DNA from: Acidimicrobiia bacterium
GTDB lineage: Bacteria > Actinomycetota > Acidimicrobiia > Spongiisociales > JAOTWH01
Direction: 5' to 3'
Assembly (NCBI GenBank): GCA_041621915.1
Contig: JBFJZV010000003.1
Coordinates: 1 to 33,626 of the forward strand
DNA: 33,626 nt
In this document: positions 26,267 through 33,626 of the stretch, piece by piece
How positions within the stretch are numbered: the stretch's first letter is position 1
Layout of the letters: each line of letters opens with the position of its first letter
The notes under the pieces: model-generated
What the model saw: the letters and a program-made list of their open reading frames with translations, nothing else
The model's database searches: none
Told to the model about the DNA's origin: nothing
Program-made: the position numbers and the translations under genes

Positions 26267-27543
26267 GACGGCTCCTCTCGAAAGCGGACTTCGACGGCCA
26301 TCCGGTGGGCGGTGAGACCCTCGGCGGTAGCCAGCTCGCCGATCGTCGCCCGCAGTGCGGTGAGCCCCGCCTCGGTCAGCGTCTGCACCTGCCGCCACGA
26401 TCCGAAGTCCTCGACACCCAGCGGGCTCATCGCCGCGGCGGTGCCGCCGGTGGGGAGCACGTGGTTGGCGCCGCTTGCGTAGTCGCCCACCGGCTCGGGC
26501 GCCCAGCCGCCGACGAACACCGACCCGGCGGCGGTGAGGCGCTTGGCGTCGGTCTCCGGGTCGGCGGTGAGCAGGGTGACGTGCTCGGCGGCGTACTCGT
26601 CGGCGAAGGCAAGCGCGGCGTCGTGGTCGGGGGCGAGCACCAGCCACCCGTGGTCCTCCAGCGCCCGCTCCAGCACGTCCCGCCGCTCCAGCCCGGGGAG
26701 CAGGGCGTCGATCTCGACCGCGACGGCCTCGAGCAGGCCCGCGTCGGCGGTGACCAGCACGGCGGGGGAGTCGGGTCCATGCTCGGCCTGGCACAGGAGG
26801 TCGGCGGCGGCGTGGAGGGGGTCGGCCGAGCCGTCGGCGACCACCACCACCTCCGACGGGCCGGCCGGCATGTCGATGTCGACCTCGCCGAACACCGCCA
26901 GCTTGGCGGCCGTCACGTACTGGTTGCCCGGCCCGACGATCTTCTGCACTCGCCTCACCGTCTCGGTCCCATAGGCGAGTGCCGCGATGGCCTGCGCCCC
27001 GCCCATGGCCCACATCTCCCCGACGTCGAGCATGTGGGCGGCACCGAGCAGCGCCGGAGCCAGCACCCCGTCGGTGTCCGGGGCGGCCACGACGATGTCC
27101 TCCACCCCGGCGACTTGGGCGGGGATCACGGTCATCACCAGCGTCGACGGGTAGGCCGCCTTCCCGCCGGGCACGTACGCGCCGATCCGCCGCAGTGGCG
27201 CCCACCGCCGCTCGACGACGACCCCGGGCTCCACCTCCAAGCGCATGTCCTGCGGAGCCTGCGCCTCGTGAAACCGCCGGATGTTCCGCTCGGCGTGCGC
27301 CCGCGCACGCCGAAGCTCCTCCGAGAGCGAATCCCAAGCTTGGGCCATCTCCGCAGGATCGACCCTCCGAAGCCCACCCCCGTACCGCTCCGCAGCAGCG
27401 CGCACTGCTTCATCCCCACCCTCACGAACAGCTTCGACGATGGCTGAAGCCCGCGCACGGATGTCCGATTCGGGGACAGCCGACCGACGCAGGAGGTCGG
27501 CCCTCTCGGCTCGCCCGAGCGCAGCGAGGGTGAGACGCTTCAT
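26263..27543 (-). CDS. hisD: Histidinol dehydrogenase
   Basis: YVPGGKAAYPST, GGAQAIAALAYGT, GPGNQYV, IDMPAGPSE, QAEHG and GDYASGANHVLPT. Confidence 0.97.
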   Translation of the reverse strand: MKRLTLAALGRAERADLLRRSAVPESDIRARASAIVEAVREGGDEAVRAAAERYGGGLRRVDPAEMAQAWDSLSEELRRARAHAERNIRRFHEAQAPQDMRLEVEPGVVVERRWAPLRRIGAYVPGGKAAYPSTLVMTVIPAQVAGVEDIVVAAPDTDGVLAPALLGAAHMLDVGEMWAMGGAQAIAALAYGTETVRRVQKIVGPGNQYVTAAKLAVFGEVDIDMPAGPSEVVVVADGSADPLHAAADLLCQAEHGPDSPAVLVTADAGLLEAVAVEIDALLPGLERRDVLERALEDHGWLVLAPDHDAALAFADEYAAEHVTLLTADPETDAKRLTAAGSVFVGGWAPEPVGDYASGANHVLPTGGTAAAMSPLGVEDFGSWRQVQTLTEAGLTALRATIGELATAEGLTAHRMAVEVRFREEPS

Positions 27544-28403
27544 GGGATGAACTGCTCGATCGGGAGCACCAGGATGCCCGTGGCGCCCAGCGCGCGGAGC
27601 TCGGGCAAGATGCTCCACAGCCGGCTGGCGTCGACGACCGCTCGCACCGCGAGCAGGCCGTCGTCGGACAGGGGAACGATCGTCGGGTTCTCCAGGCCCG
27701 GGTCGAGGCCTTCCAACGCGCCGGCGGCCTCCGCCGGCACCTGCATGACGAGGTAGCGCTTGCGGCGGCCGGCGGCCACGGCCCGCAGCATCGTGGCGAC
27801 CGTGTGGATCTCGTGGTGGCGCCGCTCCAGCGCCTGGGGACCGGCGACCAGCACCGCCTGAGAGTCGAGCAGCGTCTCGATCTCCCGCAGCTCGTTCATC
27901 AGCAGCGTGCTTCCGCTGGACACCAGGTCCACGATGGCGTCGGCCAGCCCGAGCTTGGGCGCGACCTCCACCGAGCCGTGCAGGTGCACCAGCTCGATCG
28001 TGATGCCCTTGTCACGGAAGAAGCCCTCGACCACCCGCGGGTGGGAGGTGGCGATCCGCTGGCGGCGCAGGTCCTCGATCGACGTCACCGGGTCGTGGCG
28101 GGGTACGGCTACCGCCAGCCGGCACCGCCCGTAGCCGAGCTCCGCCAACACCTGGACATGCGCGTCGGCTTCGGCGACGAGGTCGGCGCCGCTGATGCCC
28201 AGCTCTGCGGTGCGGTCTGCGACCATCTCGGGGATGTCGTCGGTGCGGACGAACAGCAGGTCCATCTCCACGTTGCGCACCGGCACTGTGAGGGAGCGCG
28301 ACGTCAGCTCGAAGCTGAGCCCGGCGGCGCGGAGGAAATCGACGGTGGGCTCCTGCAGGCGTCCCTTGTTGGGGACTGCCAGGCGGAGGCGGCGCGCGGT
28401 CAC
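27540..28403 (-). CDS. hisG: ATP phosphoribosyltransferase, long form
   Basis: LAVPNKGRL, RTDDIP and GSVEVAPKLGLADAIVDLVSSGSTL, plus a C-terminal regulatory domain (ENPTI). Confidence 0.96.
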   Translation of the reverse strand: MTARRLRLAVPNKGRLQEPTVDFLRAAGLSFELTSRSLTVPVRNVEMDLLFVRTDDIPEMVADRTAELGISGADLVAEADAHVQVLAELGYGRCRLAVAVPRHDPVTSIEDLRRQRIATSHPRVVEGFFRDKGITIELVHLHGSVEVAPKLGLADAIVDLVSSGSTLLMNELREIETLLDSQAVLVAGPQALERRHHEIHTVATMLRAVAAGRRKRYLVMQVPAEAAGALEGLDPGLENPTIVPLSDDGLLAVRAVVDASRLWSILPELRALGATGILVLPIEQFIP

Positions 28404-28479
28404 GTGCCGGCCCTGGACGGGGTCGGAATGCAGCAGCGACGCTGGGAGGGCGGAAGTGGCACGGTGCGGGAGCCTCTGG

Positions 28480-28554
28480 TCAGCAGCGGCCGTGATGAAC
28501 CGCCGCGTGCGCGTGGCGCCGGGTGGGCCGCGGGAGCGTGGCGACGGTGTTCAT
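28480..28554 (-). promoter_or_regulatory. Candidate his operon leader peptide MNTVATLPRPTRRHAHAAVHHGRC (24 aa)
   Basis: Four His codons in the last 11 residues, directly upstream of hisG. TAACCT -10-like box at 28571-28566 and a C-rich spacer before hisG. Confidence 0.6.
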
Positions 28555-28568
28555 GCCTGCCATCGAGG

Positions 28569-30263
28569 TTAGTCGGCGGCCCGCCGCATCGACCAGTTCG
28601 CCACCAAGGTCCGCAGCCCGGCCAGCTCGCCGCTCAGCGGCCGATCCTCCAACAGCGGCGGGCTGACCTCCCGCACCGCTTCGTAGACCTGGCGCGTGCC
28701 TGCGCCGAGCCGGGCGGCGACGGAGACGCGGTCGCTCACGTGACCGGCGAACGCCTCGTCGTCGATCGAGCCAAGGGTCCGCCAGTCGACTGCTTGGGCG
28801 GCGACGAGCAGCTCCACGGCCAGAACGGCCTGGGCACGGCTGAGCATCGTCCGCAGCTTGCGGGCCGCAGTGGCCGACATCGACACGTGGTCCTCGATGT
28901 TGGCGGAGGTCGGGATGGAGTCGACCGAAGCCGGGTGTGCCAGCACCTTGTTCTCCGACACCAGTGCCGCGGCCGTGTAATGGGCCACCATCGCGCCCGA
29001 GTTGAGCCCGCCTTGGGGCGCCAGGTTGCGAGGCAGGCCCCCGTTGTGGTCGGGGTCGAGCAGCATCTGGGTTCGCCGTTCGGCGACGTTGGCCAGCTCG
29101 GCGACCGCGATGGCGGCCAGGTCGGCCGCCATCGCCACCGGCTGGCCGTGGAAGTTGCCGGCCGAGAACGCCCGCCGCGCCCCGCCGTCGTAACCAGCGG
29201 GCCAGTTGGCGGCGAACCCGAGGTCCCACGGGTCTTCGCCAGGGAAGAAGAGGGGGTTGTCGGTGGCGGCGTTGATCTCGATGCCCACGACCCGGCGGGC
29301 GTAGCCGAGGGCGTCGCGGCTGGCGCCGTGCACCTGTGGGGCGCAGCGGATCGAGTAGGGGTCCTGCACCTGGCCGCGGCTGTCGACGAGAGTGCTTCCC
29401 TCGACGAAGGAGCGGATGGTGGCGGCGCTGGCGACCTGTCCGGGATGGCCGCGAGCGTCCTGGGCCAGCGGGTCGAAGGCGCGAGCGGAGCCCGCCAGGC
29501 CCTCGAGCGTCAGTGCCGCAGCCGCGTCGGCGGCGTCGGCGAGCCGCTCCCCATCGTGGACGGCCAGCGCCAGCAGCGCAACCGAGACGGCGGTGCCGTT
29601 GATCAGGGCCAGGCCCTCTTTCGGCGCCAGCTCCGGTGGGTCGGCCCCGAGGTCGCCCGCCAGGCCGGCGGCGTCGCGCCACTCGGGGTGGCCGGCCACC
29701 GTGTAGCGGCCTTCGCCGATCAGCACCGCGAAGAGGTGGGCCAGCGGGGCGAGGTCGCCGCTGGCGCCCAGCGAGCCGTGCAGCGGGACCAGCGGCGCGA
29801 CGCCGCGGCCGATCATCGCCTGGAGCGTCTCTACCAGCACCGGGCGCACGCCGGAGTGGCCGCGCAGGAACGTGTTGAGCCGGATCACCAGCGCCGCCCG
29901 CACCACCTCGGCGGGGAGGTAGTTGCCCGGGTCGTCGAGGTCGGCGGTGTCGCCGATGCCCACACAGTGGCTCAGCAGCAGCCGCCGCTGCAGCTCGGCG
30001 AGGTCGTCGGGATCGAGGGGAACGTCCTTGAACGACCCGAACCCGGTCGTCACCCCGTACTCCAGGGCCGGGGCCCGGCCGGCAGCGCCGAACGACTCCC
30101 GGTACGCCGACAATGCCGCATCGACCTCGCGACGCCCTGCCATTACTCGCTCGACCGCCTCGGGCGTGATCTCCACTTGCCGGCTCGGGTCGCGCGCAAT
30201 GGCTACGAGGTCATCGACTGTCAGAGAGGTGCCGTCGAGGACGAGGGGGTTCCCGTCAGCCAC
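28569..30263 (-). CDS. hutH: Histidine ammonia-lyase (MIO-dependent aromatic amino acid lyase)
   Basis: YGVTTGFG, LLLSH (HAL-type selectivity pair), GSLGASGDLAPL (MIO-forming ASG), KEGLALINGT, QDPYSIRC, GNFHG and EDHVSM. Confidence 0.92.
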   Translation of the reverse strand: MADGNPLVLDGTSLTVDDLVAIARDPSRQVEITPEAVERVMAGRREVDAALSAYRESFGAAGRAPALEYGVTTGFGSFKDVPLDPDDLAELQRRLLLSHCVGIGDTADLDDPGNYLPAEVVRAALVIRLNTFLRGHSGVRPVLVETLQAMIGRGVAPLVPLHGSLGASGDLAPLAHLFAVLIGEGRYTVAGHPEWRDAAGLAGDLGADPPELAPKEGLALINGTAVSVALLALAVHDGERLADAADAAAALTLEGLAGSARAFDPLAQDARGHPGQVASAATIRSFVEGSTLVDSRGQVQDPYSIRCAPQVHGASRDALGYARRVVGIEINAATDNPLFFPGEDPWDLGFAANWPAGYDGGARRAFSAGNFHGQPVAMAADLAAIAVAELANVAERRTQMLLDPDHNGGLPRNLAPQGGLNSGAMVAHYTAAALVSENKVLAHPASVDSIPTSANIEDHVSMSATAARKLRTMLSRAQAVLAVELLVAAQAVDWRTLGSIDDEAFAGHVSDRVSVAARLGAGTRQVYEAVREVSPPLLEDRPLSGELAGLRTLVANWSMRRAAD

Positions 30264-31689
30264 GGCCCTGCTCGGCGAGGAGCTTCCTCACCTCGGCAAC
30301 GAGATCGGCCCGGGGCACTTCCCGCTGGCCGGGCCTGGCTGCGAGCCACTCCTCCCGATCGTCGACTTCGTCGGCGATCGCTTTGCCCGCCTCCATCTCC
30401 TTGAGGGTGACGACGCCGGACTCGTGCTCGTTGGAGCCGTACAGGATGCTGACCGGCACGCCGACCCGGTCGGCGTAGCGGAGCTGCTTGCCGAGCCCGC
30501 CTGCGTCGCCGAGGTAGTACTCGGCGTTGATGCCGGCTCGCCGCAACTCGTAGGTCATCGCCAGGTACTCGCCCTCCAGCGCCGGGTCGAGGCGGGTGAC
30601 CAGAACCTGCGACGTGGAGCGGCGCCCGCCGACCTTGCCGAGATGCACGAGAGCGGCCAGCAGCCGGTCAACGCCCAGCGACGCGCCGGTGGCCGGGATG
30701 TCCTCGCCGAGGAAGCGGCGGACGAGCTGGTCGTAGCGCCCGCCGCTGAACATCGACCCGAACTCGGGAGCATCGAGCAGCTCCATCTCGAACACCGGGC
30801 CCGTGTAGTAGGCGAGGCCGCGGGCGATGCTCGGGTCGAGGACCACCCGGTCGTCGCCGTAGCCGAGTGCGGTGAGGTGCCCGGAGATGCGGGCCAGCGC
30901 GTCGATCGGGCCGGCGGCGTGGTCCAGCCCGGAGAAGAGGTCGCGAAGCTGGTCGAGCACCGAGTCGCGGTCGTCGCCTCGGATGTCGAGGTACTGCCGG
31001 ATCTCGGCGACGGTGGCGGCTCCGAGGCCGAGGCCGTCGATGACGTCGCCCGACTCGTCCTTGTACCCGGTCGTCAGTTCGGCGGCCACCCGGTCCCAGC
31101 CGACCTTCTCGAGCTTGTCGAGCACGCGGAACACGTCGATGCCCTGTCCGGCGGGGATGGCGGCGTAGTCGAGCAGGAGGTCGAGCACGGCCCGGCTCGA
31201 CACGCGTACCTGGTAGCGGTCGACGCCGAGGCGGTCGAACGTGTCGCACATCCCGGTGATGATCTCGGTGTCGGCCACGTCGCTCTCGGTGCCGACGGAG
31301 TCGAGGTCGAACTGGGTGAACTCGCGGAAGCGGCCCTTGTCGGGCTTGTCGGCCCGCCACACCTGGGCAAGCTGGTAGCGGCGGAACGGGCGCGGCAGCT
31401 CCTGGTACTGGGCGACGAGGCGGGCGAGAGGCACCGTCAGGTCGAACCGGAGCCCGAGCTCGCCTTCGACCTTGCGGCTGGTCACCGTGAAGATCGACTG
31501 CTGCGCCTCCTGGCCGGCGGAGCCACTCAGCACGTCGAGGTACTCGATCGCCGGGGTGCTGATCGGGACGAAGCCGTACGACTCGTACACCGCCTTGGCG
31601 GCGCCGACGATGCGGTCCTGCTCGATCATCTCCTCGGGGAGCAAGTCGCGCAGGCCGCCAAGCAGGCGGGGGGTCACGAGATCAGACAT
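30256..31689 (-). CDS. hisS: Histidine--tRNA ligase (alphaproteobacterial/eukaryote-like type)
   Basis: LRFDLTVPLAR, motif 2 WRADKPDKGRFREFTQFD, ARGLAYYTG, GGRYD and SLGVDRL. The real start is ATG 31689; the longer ORF-track call runs through the tRNA. Confidence 0.96.
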   Translation of the reverse strand: MSDLVTPRLLGGLRDLLPEEMIEQDRIVGAAKAVYESYGFVPISTPAIEYLDVLSGSAGQEAQQSIFTVTSRKVEGELGLRFDLTVPLARLVAQYQELPRPFRRYQLAQVWRADKPDKGRFREFTQFDLDSVGTESDVADTEIITGMCDTFDRLGVDRYQVRVSSRAVLDLLLDYAAIPAGQGIDVFRVLDKLEKVGWDRVAAELTTGYKDESGDVIDGLGLGAATVAEIRQYLDIRGDDRDSVLDQLRDLFSGLDHAAGPIDALARISGHLTALGYGDDRVVLDPSIARGLAYYTGPVFEMELLDAPEFGSMFSGGRYDQLVRRFLGEDIPATGASLGVDRLLAALVHLGKVGGRRSTSQVLVTRLDPALEGEYLAMTYELRRAGINAEYYLGDAGGLGKQLRYADRVGVPVSILYGSNEHESGVVTLKEMEAGKAIADEVDDREEWLAARPGQREVPRADLVAEVRKLLAEQGRG

Positions 31690-31695
31690 GCGTCG

Positions 31696-31767
31696 TACCG
31701 AGGGGGAGAATCGAACTCCCATCTCTGGATCCACAATCCAGCGCTCTAGCCATTGAGCTACCCCGGC
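31696..31767 (-). tRNA. tRNA-His (GUG), no encoded G-1, discriminator A73, CCA not encoded
   Basis: Cloverleaf folded by hand: acceptor GCCGGGG/CCTCGGT+A, D-arm GCTC/GAGC, anticodon arm CTGGA-TTGTGGA-TCCAG, T-arm GGGAG-TTCGATT-CTCCC. Confidence 0.97.
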
Positions 31768-31777
31768 GCAGCGGTGC

Positions 31778-31783
31778 AGGATA
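31778..31783 (-). promoter_or_regulatory. Putative -10 box (TATCCT) for the tRNA-His-hisS-hutH unit
   Basis: TANNNT lies 10 nt upstream of tRNA position 1. No convincing -35 at canonical spacing. Confidence 0.5.
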
Positions 31784-31820
31784 ACGTGCGGCTCCTGCGG
31801 CAATAGGAGCGTACCGCCCC

Positions 31821-32564
31821 GTGCAAGTGATACCCGCGGTCGACGTGCTGGACGGGAGTGTGGTCCGGCTGCTGCGCGGCGATTTTGACGAGGTGACTCG
31901 GTACGGGCGCGACCCGGTCGCAGCAGTCCAGCGCTGGGTCGAGGAGGGCGCCGCACTGGTGCATGTCGTAGACCTGGACGGCGCCCGCGGCGGGGAGAGC
32001 GACGTGGCGCTGTGGCAGCGCCTGGGCGCGTCCGCGCTGCCGTTCCAGGTCGGCGGCGGCCTGCGGACCGTCGCCGCCGTCGAAGGCGCGGTCGCCGCCG
32101 GTGCGGCACGGATAGTCGTCGGCACCGCGGCGGTCTGGGACCCGGGGCTGCTCGCAGAGATGGTCGCCGCAGTCGGCGCGGCGCCGGTCGTGGCCGCAGT
32201 CGACGTGCGCGGTGGGCTGGCCGCCGGCGCCGGCTGGCGAGACCAGGGGCGGCCGCTCGAAGAGGTGCTGGCGGGAGTCGGGGGCGCCGGGGTGGGCCGC
32301 CTGCTCGTCACCGCCATCTCCCAGGACGGGACGATGGAGGGACCCGATCTCGGGCTGCTCGCCCGGGTACGGGCGCTTGCGCCCGAGTCGGCGCTCATCG
32401 CGTCCGGCGGGGTGGGGACGCTTGCGCATTTGCGCAGCCTGGCCGCTTCCGGCCTCGCGGAGGCGGCGATCGTGGGCCGGGCCCTCTACGAGGGGGCGTT
32501 CAGCCTGGCGGAGGCGCAAGCCGCCCTGCGTACAGGGCCACCGCCACCGCAGTCGCCAGGTTGA
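31821..32564 (+). CDS. hisA: HisA/PriA-family ProFAR isomerase
   Basis: QVIPAVDVLDGSVVRL, HVVDLDGA, QVGGGLRT, TAISQDGTMEGPD, IASGGV and IVGRALY. Confidence 0.95.
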   Translation: MQVIPAVDVLDGSVVRLLRGDFDEVTRYGRDPVAAVQRWVEEGAALVHVVDLDGARGGESDVALWQRLGASALPFQVGGGLRTVAAVEGAVAAGAARIVVGTAAVWDPGLLAEMVAAVGAAPVVAAVDVRGGLAAGAGWRDQGRPLEEVLAGVGGAGVGRLLVTAISQDGTMEGPDLGLLARVRALAPESALIASGGVGTLAHLRSLAASGLAEAAIVGRALYEGAFSLAEAQAALRTGPPPPQSPG

Positions 32565-33174
32565 GGCTCGACACGCCGGGGCGCATCGGGATCGCCACCA
32601 CCCGGTCGGCTCGGGCCATGAGCTCGCACGACAGGCCGCGCCGTTCCGACCCGAACGCCAGGACGGGGCGTTCGGGCAGCGCCGTCAACGGCTCGCCGGC
32701 GGGATCGAACGCCACGAGCGGCCGTCCGGACGCGGGCACCTCGTCGATCCTCGCCACCGGGACCGCGTAGTGGAGGCCGGCCGCGCCTCGCAGCGCGTTG
32801 GCGTGCCACGGGTCGAGGGTGCCCGAGGTGAGCACGGCGGCGGCGCCGGCAGCCGAGGCGACCCGGACCACCGCCCCCACGTTGCCGTGGCGGGTCGGGT
32901 GCTCGAGGAAGACCACCGGGTCAGGGCCCGCCACCGCGGCGGCGATGTCGACGGAAGGTGGGTCGGCCTCGGCGACCACTCCGCGCCCCTCGTCGTCACC
33001 GTCCTGGACGAGCTCGGCGAGCCGGTCCAAGAGGTCCGGGGCGAGGTCGGCGGCCAGGGCCAGCAGCGCGTCCCGGTCGCTGGTCGAGGCCGAGCGGATG
33101 GTCGCCCCGAACCGCAGCGCATGCTTCACGGCGTGGAACCCCTCGAGCCGGACCGTCAGGCGTCCCGCAGCCAT
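32500..33174 (-). CDS. TrmH/SpoU family RNA methyltransferase
   Basis: SPOUT motifs HGNVGAVVR, FGSERRGL and IPMRPGVSSLNLATA. Confidence 0.9.
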   Translation of the reverse strand: MAAGRLTVRLEGFHAVKHALRFGATIRSASTSDRDALLALAADLAPDLLDRLAELVQDGDDEGRGVVAEADPPSVDIAAAVAGPDPVVFLEHPTRHGNVGAVVRVASAAGAAAVLTSGTLDPWHANALRGAAGLHYAVPVARIDEVPASGRPLVAFDPAGEPLTALPERPVLAFGSERRGLSCELMARADRVVAIPMRPGVSSLNLATAVAVALYAGRLAPPPG

Positions 33175-33626
33175 AGCGCCAGAGGCGGGTTCGCCGACAC
33201 GGCCACACCGCCGGCGACCTCCTCGGTGAGCGCGAACCCGGCGATCTCGCCGCTCACCAAGAAGGGCGCAACCCGGGGCTCGGGCCCGAACACGCCCGCC
33301 GAGATCACCTCGTCGCCGACGATCGCCCAGAGCTGGTACGTCCGGTCGGCCCCGAGCGCAGGAAGATCGGCGTCGAGGTAGCCGACGCCGTCGGGCAGCA
33401 GCGTGATGCTGGCGGCCACCGGCTCGCCGTCGGGGGTGGCGAGCGGAAGCACCTCGGCACCGGGGGTAGTGACCGCCGTGGCGTAGGCGTCGTCGACCGA
33501 GGCCCGATCGGAACGGAGGGCGGTTGCCCCCACCACCGCCACCGCCGCGATCGCCGCCGCCGCCGCCAAACCGCCGAGCCACACGGCCGGGCGGGGGAGG
33601 CGGCGAATCCCGGTGGCGGGCACCAG
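33156..33626 (-). CDS. Anti-sigma factor (RskA-like), partial, N-terminus outside the window
   Basis: TM helix followed by LPAL..DRTYQLWAI...SAGVF...FALTEEVAGG, typical of RskA C-terminal domains. Confidence 0.82.
   Translation of the reverse strand: MVPATGIRRLPRPAVWLGGLAAAAAIAAVAVVGATALRSDRASVDDAYATAVTTPGAEVLPLATPDGEPVAASITLLPDGVGYLDADLPALGADRTYQLWAIVGDEVISAGVFGPEPRVAPFLVSGEIAGFALTEEVAGGVAVSANPPLALWLRDA

Noticed and set aside
22633-28403. Absence of a histidinol-phosphatase gene as a pathway gap
   Set aside because: With a monofunctional HisB, the phosphatase (HisN or PHP type) is commonly encoded elsewhere. This cannot be judged from one window.
28404-28568. T-box riboswitch upstream of hisG
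   Set aside because: No GGTGGNACC T-box motif and no terminator U-tract on the coding strand. The His-codon uORF fits better.
31690-32109. Apparent 140-aa N-terminal extension of HisS in the ORF track
   Set aside because: It reads through the tRNA-His gene and the antisense of hisA. HisRS-like sequence begins at MSDLVTPR (31689).
32500-32564. 65-nt convergent overlap of hisA and the TrmH gene as antisense regulation
   Set aside because: The overlap covers only low-complexity C-terminal tails, which is common in high-GC genomes where stop codons are scarce.
196-33381. Many long overlapping ORFs in the track (e.g. 27804-30404 +, 11770-14037 +, 7036-9012 +, 22257-24191 +, 886-2499 -)
   Set aside because: They are antisense or frame-shifted shadows of well-supported genes, Arg/Pro/Gly-rich and without motifs, as expected in very high-GC DNA.

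Overview
High-GC window that looks actinobacterial. Acidimicrobiia-like is an inference from gene content and from TANNNT boxes placed 6-7 nt before start codons. Nearly all real genes are on the minus strand. Left to right: (1) the end of a probable IS630-family element inserted into a TIR-domain/STAND-ATPase gene; (2) a complete System I cytochrome c maturation operon, ccmABCDEF-ccmH/TPR-ccmG; (3) a small secreted two-Cys peptide among REP-like palindromes; (4) a Tad/Flp pilus operon (flp, flp, tadE, tadG, cpaB, cpaE, cpaF, VWA-tadB, tadC) whose last gene is a DnaB-like helicase lacking its N-terminal domain; (5) a divergent FG-GAP/PQQ dehydrogenase gene and a Rieske-fold protein lacking three of four Fe-S ligands; (6) a two-component system, an Lgt-like gene and a TlpA gene; (7) a histidine supercluster, tRNA-His-hisS-hutH-[His-rich leader]-hisG-D-C-B-H-F-IE, with divergent hisA; (8) a TrmH methyltransferase and a partial anti-sigma factor. 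Strongest unusual signals: a tRNA-His with no encoded G-1 (A73, G1:U72) next to an alphaproteobacterial-type HisRS; a histidine-degrading lyase inside the biosynthetic cluster, separated from it by a candidate His attenuator peptide; a Tad-coupled DnaB-like helicase; and REP-like palindromes inserted in frame into cleavable leader peptides. All calls come from reading motifs by eye. No database search or folding program was run.
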